From: Trichosphaerium sp. ATCC 40318
Lineage: Eukaryota; Protista; Tubulinea
Length of the DNA: 64,000 nt
Direction of reading: 5' to 3'
NCBI GenBank assembly: GCA_038496445.1
Contig: JALMLS010000577.1
Span: forward strand, 1,054,001 to 1,118,000
Position numbers and translations under genes: made by a program. Positions within the stretch are counted from its first letter, which is position 1; each line of letters starts with the position of its first letter. Below the pieces are notes generated by a model. That model was not told where the DNA came from, did no database searches, and saw only the letters and a list, made by a program, of their open reading frames with translations. Positions 11,801 through 21,800 of the stretch are shown one piece after another.

Positions 11801-13528
11801 CAGTAATGCTCGAAATGTTAAAACTAAATAATGTTCTGATCAAATAGTAAAAAAAGAAATAGGATACAATGTCAGAAATGTGTCAGATTTAATCGCAGGT
11901 GACACTGATGTATCTAACGTAATAGCTAGATCTTTTGGTGCTGCAACACAATCAGCGGACCATCTGCCCCATAAAACAAACCCAGAATCAGTTTTTTCTA
12001 TTTTATCAATGCTAGTGCCATAAGTAGTTGTGGGGTCACCCATTTGATAAATCAAATTACCCCAAAATGGGATTTTTGGATTTAATAGTTTTAGTGCACT
12101 CATCACACCAAAATATGTACTATTTGCTAAACAATTTGATTAGTAAAAAACGTGTCATGCTTTTTATAAAAGCAATAAATTTGGTAAACGAAGTTGTTTT
12201 GTTCAGTGAAAACTCTCAAAACTAAAAAAGTGTTTCAGGGGGCTACCGCGAATCGAACGCGGGTCCACGGGTTTGGAATCCGTGATGATAACCACTACAC
12301 CATAGCCCCTTATGGTTTTCTTAAGCTTGTGTGGTCATGACGCGGCGCAAAAAGTACGTCGAGCGCTGTACTCAATCAAACTATCATAACAATAGCAAAA
12401 AAAATCTTGTGGAATTCTGTTAATTAGTCGTACGATTTGATGAACAACAACTAGAACTGTTACTGCATTGCTCCGAAAGAACCAATGAGGAGTTTACAAT
12501 AAGGTCATTGACACCAGGTGAAGCTAAAGCGTTTAGATTTGAGAGACTCAGAAATTAACATACTAGTAGAACTGCCAAAGAGATACAGCTCATCACCTTC
12601 GAAACTAATTATAGTAAACTTCATTAAAACACATCATGTGTGCATACTCACTACGAATTGCCCTACCAATAACGACAATAGCTGATAAGTCATCAAATAA
12701 AGCAACATCTGTACCATAAACAAAAGGATAATTGCCTTCCTAAAAAGAACTTGGGTTACGAAAAAAAATTACTTGTACCACGTGATAAGACTTACATTAA
12801 ACACAAATTCATCTTGATTCACTATAGAAATACCTGTCCCAAATGATAAAAGCCTTTCAGCATCTGTACCTTGACGTGCTTTGTAGGGAGTCCCAACTAC
12901 ATACCATTAGATATTATAACTTACAAGTATTTATTGCTTTACGTACCACCAATTGCTTCAGCCATCTTGTGTAATATAAAACGTGTACTATCAGTAGATG
13001 GTGTATATATCATAGTTGTCACTTTAGCAAACTGTCCTGGAACTCTATCGCCTTGTACAACATCATCGATATCGCAAAATATAGCCGTGTGACTTATGTA
13101 AACGCCAGAGGATGAGTATGTCAAGAATAGAGCGCCCTCGAAGCGCGGCTAGCGCTTTTTAGCTTTTTTACCATAAAAGGACTGTAATTTTGATTTTCAA
13201 AAGTGTACCGTAAATCTAGCATTTAATCCGTTGTCGCCAATGATAACTGTAGCGTTAGCGTTCAAGTCCACCATCTTTACGTTTACTAGCATCATAATTA
13301 GTACACCAGAGCGTCAAAATAACCGAAGCGATACCTAACAAGTTGTAGTTCTCGTTTTTATCGATATAAGATTGTGTAACCTCAAATACAACATTAGTGC
13401 CAGTAAGAGAGTGGCTCCACTTTGTTTGAACGTCTAATACGTATTAATGCGATTTGAGAAGCATACAAACCTGCTTGGCCTTTAATACAAAGTGCTACCA
13501 GTAAAGTGAATAGCACTTTACTCCACAT
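8865..13528 (-). CDS. Receptor tyrosine kinase-like protein (signal peptide, long ectodomain, TM, kinase)
   Basis: Signal peptide MWSKVLFTLLVALCIKGQA and TM IIIVVVVIIVILLVVVILAAVYF. Kinase motifs ELGSGSYGVV, VAVK, HRDLACRNILL, DFGMSR, GPVRWMSPE and SDVWSFG are spread over multiple exons. Confidence 0.85.
12238..12309 (-). tRNA. tRNA-Trp(CCA), nested in an intron of the receptor kinase gene
   Basis: GGGGCTA acceptor stem pairs with TAGCCCC. D-arm GTGTAGTGGTTATCAT, anticodon loop TTCCAAA, T-arm CCGCG-TTCGATT-CGCGG. Pol III T6 terminator at 12224-12229. Confidence 0.92.
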
Positions 13529-13682
13529 AGCGTATTCTCACTGCGCACGCGTTGCTGCTAAGTAGTTACGCCGTTTAATCACCGGAATTACGTTGTAGAA
13601 AATAAAACATTGACTTTCCGCAGACTGCAGCATCAATTATGTATCTGTGAGTTGTAAATAGACAGTACATATTTATACAACG
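13529..13682. promoter_or_regulatory. Putative compact bidirectional promoter (receptor kinase / RNPC3)
   Basis: 154 bp CpG-rich spacer between two divergent start codons. Confidence 0.5.
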
Positions 13683-15288
13683 ATGGCATCTTTGTTTGTG
13701 CGCAACATACCCGTGTTTCTAACGGAGGCTTCTTTGAAGGAGTTCTTTACGGGTATGGGCGCCTCTGAGGTGAAAGTTTCACGTACAATGGTATTGTAGT
13801 GTTAACGATCAGGTCTAAAGTTTTGTGACAGAAAGGAAGGTGCTTTGTAACGTTTCCAACGGAAGATGACGCCGAGGAAGCATTGCGGAAGCTAACAGGC
13901 CTAAAATTGTTTAACAGCGTCTTAATAGCAGAGTATGCGCGATCAGAGTACGTACAGTGGACGTTTACGCACTTTGAATAACATATTATGCTAGAGCTGA
14001 ACAAAGGCGTCACAATGTCCCAGCGTTTGTGGCAGAGTCTCTAAAGCACGATAGACGACGTTAATAGACGATATTAATTATATTCACATAGTGTAAAGTA
14101 TCCATCCCCTCCTCTTTTGGCATACAAGTACCCGTCTCCAACGACTGATATTTTGCTTAACATACTGAAAACGATGGCGCAAGTGCCAAAATTTTATGAA
14201 CAAGTTCTACACCTCATGAACAAAATGAATCTTCCAACGCCGTTTGGAGAAACACCAGCAGAGCTAAAACAATTTTTTGAGGTACAAATCAAAAAAAAAA
14301 TCCGAGAATGATTTTTACGTTAACGTCTTTCTTGTCATCTGTTTGTTGACGTTTGATTAAGGTTGGCGTAAAACGAAAGAGGGAAGATGATTTGGTTGCA
14401 TCAGATGAGTCCGAATTAGACTCAGACCAAGATATGGAAGCAAAAATAACAATACCTGCTTTGAAAAAAAGAAAAATTGAGAAACTCGCTAAAACAGAGG
14501 CAAAGCACAACCTAACTACCACTGCTTTGTTTCAATTAATATTATTAGGTGCTACGACAGCTTCCACAAGCCCACATGCACAATCTACCGACTACAAACC
14601 TCAGACTTCTTGACTCCTCGCAACCGAAACCACAAGGTAAAATCAGCGAATTATGACCCTTTGTGACACTCTAACTCGCTTTAGGTGAATCCTCCAGCAT
14701 GCCAGATTTCTTATTCGCTGAGCGCTCAGACGTTATCACAACACATCAACTCAATGCCAATCGAGCAAATAAAGATGGTCAGTTTTCAGCACATTACAAT
14801 TTACATTAAAATGCCATTAGATCCAAAGACAGCAAAATTTCTCACCAAATACGAACGTGTACGCCTTCGTTTCACTGGTTTCGTATTCACTGACACCGTT
14901 ATAAGGGAACAGCTACTGCTACATTGTATATAAAGAACCTTCACAAATCTGTTGTGGAAAAAGATTTATCGTTTATATTTTACAGATACGCCTCAAAACC
15001 TGAAGTCGGTAACGCGTACGTATTAAAAATGTTTTTGACGCGTTTTACAACTTAAAAGTAATTATACTCGTAGAGAGATCAAAATTCTCTATGGCGGTAA
15101 GAAAGGGCGATTGAGAGGGCAAGCGTTCATAACTTTTGCGTCTGTTGAACAGGCCACTCGAGCAATAGACGAAGTTCATTTGTACCTTCTAAAAGGTCGA
15201 CCTATGATCATTGTATGCGACTACAGCGTTTTTAAAACAATTTTTTAACTTTAACGTTTAGTCGTTTTCGGATAGACAGGCATCCTGA
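13683..15288 (+). CDS. RNPC3: U11/U12 snRNP 65 kDa protein (minor spliceosome, two RRMs)
   Basis: RRM1 (SLFVRNIP..KGRCFVTF..LIAEYA). Diagnostic linker YKYPSPTTDILLNI..VPKFYEQVLHLMNKMNLPTPFG and acidic SDESELDSD. RRM2 (LYIKNLHKSVVEKDL..GRLRGQAFITF..KGRPMII). Confidence 0.92.
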
Positions 15289-15820
15289 TAAGATTGTATG
15301 TACAGTTTCCCAATAAAGAGTATGTAACAGTTAATAAAACAGGTCGCACGTTAATTTGTCAAAGCCTTCTCTCTGACTTTTCAATGAAAATCCCTTTTCT
15401 ATCGATTATCAATTCTTCTACGGCTGAAGCAATACCTCACGATATTTAATAAACTCAAATAAATAGCTACAAGCAAACGCACACGTACGTGGAGGCTAAT
15501 TAAATGAAAATCTTTCATCTCATGAATTTTTGTTTCTCACGCTAACTCTAACGTAGTCGACGCCAATATATACTCACTTTTCAGACGTTAAAACACGTTA
15601 ATTAACAAATCGAAGATTGACCCCAACTTCTTTTGGTAAGTGTCACTTTACTTACTCACATCGCCAAATCGTTGTATTTGAAATGTTACACACCACCATC
15701 GCTGCCATTAGAACGATTCTCGAGAATTTTTGTGAACGCAGTTCTTCTAGAAGCTTCCGCGAGAAATTTTTTTGAACTTTTGAACAAGTCAATTAAATAA
15801 ACACAAAATAACATCCAACC

Positions 15821-18800
15821 ATGTCAGGCTTCGGCTGGGGTGGCTCCAATAATAACGGAGGCGGCTTCGGCAATAATAACAATAGTGGCGGCTTTGGCAA
15901 CTCTACAGGGTTTGGAAATAACAATTCAAACACTGGTTTTGGTGGTGGTGGTGAGTAACGTGGTTTTTATCGAGTATTTGACCTCTTTGACTAATTCGCT
16001 GCGATCTTAGGTAATACCATGTTCGGTAACAATAATAACAACGGTTTTGGTGGAAATTCAAGCTCAGGTTTTGGTGGTGGCGGGTTTGGCAGTAATAGCT
16101 CAGGCGGCTTTGGCAATAATAACAATAACTCTGGATGGGGTGGGTCGAACAGTGGCGGCGGTGCCTTTGGCTCTACGAACACCGGGTTCGGTAACAACAG
16201 TAATTCGTCAGGTACTACATATTTTATTACGTTTAAACGCCTAACGCACAAATAGGTGGGTTTGGCTCCGGTTTCGGTAATAATAACTCAGGAGGCGGTT
16301 TTGGCAATTCCAACAACAATGGTTTTGGCGGAAACAATAACAATAACAGTGGCTGGGGAGGTAACAATAACGGTGGCAAAAGAGGCACAAGTGGAGCCAA
16401 TTTCTCCAGTACGTAAAAAACAACCAACTGTTCACTATTTTTAACGGTTAGGTTTTTTTTTCCTCAAAAATTATTTATTCGAACCGCTAACAGCGTCAGT
16501 GATGCGTATTCGAACTATTTAAATTTTTTTTCTTATTTTCCTGATTTTTCGCCGTTAATGTCTTTTTGGACTTTGTTTCTAATTTTTTTTGTCTAATAGG
16601 CACTGAATGGAGAGACGGTACTGCAAAAGTATACATGCAATCCATCTCTTACTCACCACAATTCAATAAAAAGTCTCACGAAGAACTACGATGGGAAGAC
16701 TACCAAATAAAAAAGAATGGTGGCGCCTCCGGTGGTATGGGCTCTACGAGCTCTGGATTCGGTAATACAAGCGGCTTCGGCAACACCGGTGGTGGCTTTG
16801 GTAATACATCAAGCGGTGGCTTTGGAAACTCGTCTGGTATGTTTGGTGGCTCTTCATCATTTGGAAACTCTACTTTTGGAAACTCTACATTTGGTAGCTC
16901 TGGAGGTTGGGGTAGCAGCACAGGTGAGTGCAATGATCGTCGTTATCCTTACGTGTCTCTTTCTCTTTACAAAGTTATATTCACGGATGGAGCGTGTAGC
17001 ACGCTTGTCGTTTAGTTATTTTCACAGTCCGCCAGAGGTCTACGAAAAAACAAAAGAGACGATGCTTTGATTAGGAAAAAAAACCTCAAAAGTTGTTTAC
17101 CTTTGTCGTCCAAAAATCAAATTTTTATTTTTCAGTGCCACTTTCGTAGTAGTGTTTGCATTAACTTCTCCATTTTTTTGTTGCTTATTTTTTTCTGTAG
17201 GAGGTTTTGGTAATAATAATAACTCTGGCGGCTTTGGTAACACCGGTGGTGGCTTTGGTAATACTTCTGGAGGCTTTGGCAATACAGGTGGAGGCTTCGG
17301 TAATACTGGAGGAGGTTTTGGTTCTACTACTTCCACTGGCTTTGGTAACAATAACAATACCGGCTTTGGCGGTAATTCGTCTGGAGGCTTCGGTAATACC
17401 GGCGGTGGGTTTGGTAACACATCTGGAGGCTTCGGCAATACAGGTGGAGGCTTCGGCAACACGTCTGGAGGCTTTGGCAATACCGGAGGGGGCTTTGGCT
17501 CTACCAACACTGGATTCGGTAATAACAACGCCAATAAAGGATTTGGAAACACTAGCGGTGGGTTTGGTAACACAGGCGGTGGATTTGGTTCTACTACATC
17601 CACTGGCTTCGGTAATACCGGCGGTGGGTTTGGTAATACTGGTGGTAATACCCTAGGAGGCTTTGGAAACACAAGTACAAGCACAGGATTCGGAAACACT
17701 GGTGGTGGTTTTGGTAACAATAACGCCAATAAAGGATTCGGAAACACCAGCGGTGGGTTCGGTTCTACTACATCCACTGGCTTTGGTAATACAACCGGGT
17801 TCGGTAATACCACTGGGTTTGGTAATACTAGCGGAGGCACTACCCTTGGTGGCTTTGGTAATACTGGATCTACTACGTTGGGTGGTAATGGTTTTGGAAA
17901 TACCACATCTACAGGCTTCGGAGGTACCTCTACCGGTTTCGGTTCTACGAACACTGGTTTTGGAGGTGGCCTTAAGACTAATACTACCGGTTGGGGAGCG
18001 TCTTCTACCGGGTTTGGTGGTACTAGTACAGGATTCGGAAATACCTCAACTGGGTTTGCAACAGGTGGAACAAACTTGGGATTTGGAAATACTTCCGGAG
18101 GATTTGGAAGCAATACCTCAGCTGGCTTCGGTTCTACCAATACTGGTTTCGGTAATAATACTGGGTTTGGTAACACTGGTACTAATGGATTTGGTACTGG
18201 TTCTGGGTTTGGTACCAATACGGCTGCAAGTACGAATCGATTTGATATTATTATTGGGCTTTCATAGAAGTTTGGGTTCTCTTGTCTCTGCTGTTCCTAA
18301 AAAAAAGATGCCATTTTATGCAAATGTTTTGGGTTGTTTTATTGGCATTTCACACGACTGTGCTTCAGTTTTAATGCCTTTTATCATTTACAATTGAGTT
18401 TGGTTGTCGTGAAGTGTCAATATAATAACTTGGTAACATAAAGTGTGGCAACTGCAGTTGCAACAAGAGAATCCGGCTTGTTTTTTGTTTGAATTTTATT
18501 TTTTTGTACAGCTTTTTAACTGACTTTTATTTGTAGATGGCTTTGGTACACCGAACGCTGGTAATGCTCTTATTGCTACAGTTGCAGGCGACAGTGCAGG
18601 TAACTCTCCATATGGTCCCAAGTTGCCTGATTTGAGTGGAAATGTGTACGCTGCAAATAGAGCGCGAACGGGTGGTAAAGCTGTGTCATGGACACCTCCT
18701 CCTAAGCCAAAAACGAGAGCTTTGGCTGAGAGACCATTACACACAGTACATGTCCAACGCTACAGGAAGAAAAAGGAACCAAGTACGTTGAGTAAAGCTT

Positions 18801-21800
18801 TGATTAGTTTTTTTTCTTTTTTTTTCTCGCCTTGCAAGTTTTTGTTGTAGTTCTTTTTTTCTCACATTATACTTCTAGAAACACCATTGCACAAGGAGTC
18901 TAATTGGAATAAAGTTAGATTCATGCGTACTGTTGGTTCAGCCAAGCCAAAGAGCTCTCCTTTCAAGTCTTGGATGTTAAGTACATCAACTGGCTCAATG
19001 AAGAAGTTGAGATATGATAAGAGGTTTATAGAATCCCCTCTCTTCACTGCTCCAAGCACAAAGGCCGCTGGTGGCCTCTTTGGCATGACACCTCAAAAGA
19101 ATGCACCAAGGACAACATACAAACCACCAAGAAAGGATGGAGCACCGCCAGTAAATCAAGGATCTCCTTGGATAGTGGGTAAGACTGCCTCAAAGACCGG
19201 CAGCGCACTTGAAGATCTTGCACCTTCCAGTCCGTATGAAGATCTCTCAGAATTGTTACCTCAAGAAACTGGTGCTACAAGCAATGGAGATCCAGGTGAA
19301 GAAGAAAAGGGTAGTGTCTATCCAACGCTCACAAAACCAGGTTACTCGTAAGTCTTTTTTTTTTGAAATAATGGTTTTTTATCTTACTTCTTTTCCGACT
19401 TGAGTTTTGATTTCTTCTTTTAGGACGAGCCCTAGTATTGCTGAGTTGAGAGCAATGTCGCCTGAAGACTTGAAACAGGTTGCAAACTTTACAGTTCATC
19501 ATGAAAACCACGGAACTGTTACGTTCCTTGGTGCTAGTGATGTTACTGGCCTTGATATCGATAAAAATGTTTCTTTTGAGAGATGTGCTATTACAGTATA
19601 TCCTGATGTACGTCTTTTGTTTATTTTTATGATGGAGCTCTTGTTTGTTTTTCTGACTCGTTTTCTTTAGGATTTCACCAAACCTGAAGTTGGTGGAGGT
19701 ATCAATAGACCTGCTCTTGTTACCTTTTACAATTGCTTTGATGAAAAAAATAGAGGAACTGCTAAATTTATTGATAAGCTTAAACGTGCTAATAAAAGAG
19801 CCGGTTGCACTTTCAAGAGCTTTGATGAGCAGCTTGGACAGTGGTCATTCCGTGCTGAGCACTGGAGTCGTTATGGTATGGGATCTTCCTCTGATGAAGA
19901 AGACGACAAAGATGGCAAAAAAGAGGTACTTAACATTTTCTCACTTTTTCTTTTGTTTTTTTTCTCATTTCCTCTTTCGTTTTGTACTGATTTTTATTTT
20001 TCTTTAGACCAAAGGACAGAAGGCTCCAATAACGAACAAGAAAACTGCAGCTGAGAAACTCGGACCGAAGAGAAAACCTCGGAGAAAACAGTCATCCAAG
20101 TCAGGCAAGACCCATTAACCTGTTTTTTTAAGGTGCAGCATTCGACGGCTGGCACTTTGACAAAACCCTCTCCTTTTGTTTGGTAGCTCTAAAAAGTGGT
20201 GGTAGTATTATAATACTACTGTAAAACTTATATACGCGCCAGCATTTGGTAATTGTGGGTCTTCCCTTTCCACTTCAAAATTTATTACATTAAAATCTAT
20301 CCCCTTGTTGTAAAATCAGAAAAAAAAATCATGTTGTATTAAAAATAAACTCTTATCTAATTCTTTCTATACTATCTACCTCTCGCTCTTTTATTTTTTT
20401 TATTACTAGTACAATGATGATGAGAATGTCTTCTTAACTCTACTTGTAGCTCAAAAGGAAGAAGTTGAAGATGTTTCTAATAGTGAATTAACTCATGAGG
20501 AAGGAGGAGAAGATAGCTCAATGAATGACATTGACGCTTCCGAGAGTGGACATGCTGTTGATAGTGGAGATGACGAAGACGATGAACAAATGGAGGATGA
20601 AGATTTTGATCAACGTGAAAGATTAGACTTTGAAGATGACGACCTGGGCGGTGATATTGTTGGCGATTTTGATGATATTCAAGAAGATGGTGTCGAACAA
20701 GAGGAAGGTGAATTTGAAGAAGGTAACCTTGACGGTGATATTTCCTTTGAGGATTATGACGGTGAAGGAGAAGGAGAAGGTGACGGTGAAGGAGATGCTA
20801 TGGTTGATGAAAGTGATATGAACGACCGGATTGATAATCTTCTTGGAAAAATGCGTGAGGATCCATCTTTTGCTAAAAGAGTTAATAAGGTCGCACACAA
20901 ACAGTACTTGACTGATTTCATGGGACCTAATTTGAATGAGTTTGCTGTAAGGAATACTCGTATTCGTGAAATGCAAGGACAACTTTTCCCTGAACCTGCT
21001 CCTCCTGAGGTAGCGAAGAATGTACCTGGTATTAGCTTAAACGATAGCACAAGGCTTCCTTCTATGAAGTTCTCTGCAACGCCTTTCGCTATTGTGCCAC
21101 CACCACCTCTCAACAAGGATCCTCATGAATATGAAGTGAATAAGAGACCTAGACTCAGTGTTGTTCCAAAGTACTTGGTTCCTGAAGTACCTCCTGGTCA
21201 ACTGTAAGCACATTTTTATTTCAATCTGCCTTTTTTTTTTGCTGTTTTATTGATGGCTTACGCGTTTCTTCTTTATAGACCAGATAATGACATTATTGGA
21301 CCTCGTGTTATAGTTGCTGAAAAACGTATAGCTAAGATAACACCAATTAGTACGTTTGATAATTTGTTGACTTTTTTGATTCAATGTAACTAATCTTTTT
21401 TTCTACAAAGCTACTGTTCCAAGTGTCGCTGAATCTGTTACTAATGGTACCGTTTCTAACACACGTGATTTTGGTATGTTCATGGGACGATCTTTTCGTG
21501 TTGGTTGGGGACCAGGAGGCGTATTAATACGTCCTAATGCTTACTTTGCGAAGACTAAACCAAAGAAATCTGATGTTCTAACAAAGAAGCCATTACTTTC
21601 AATGAAACCGATAGTTTTTGGTAACGATCGTCCATTTAGACGGTTGACTATTCAAAAAATAGTACCATTGCCTACTATAGCTGATAAAGATATACGTCAT
21701 GAACAATACTTGCCTTTGCTCAAGGAGCATAAGGATGACTCTGATGTAACATCAGACCATGGTAAGCGGAGATTAAAACAGTTTTCCTTTGCCTTGTGTT

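Noticed and set aside
11824-11867. Kinase intron with donor GTATCCTAT (U12-like)
   Set aside because: It mismatches at +8, has no TTAAC-type branch site and is only 44 nt, so it is more likely U2-type.
15745-15757. Perfect heat-shock element TTCnnGAAnnTTC upstream of NUP98
   Set aside because: About one such match is expected by chance in 64 kb at this base composition.
17097-18218. Long antisense and alternative-frame ORFs over repeats (also 26243-26665, 32121-32674, 62447-62768)
   Set aside because: These are shadow ORFs of low-complexity coding repeats.
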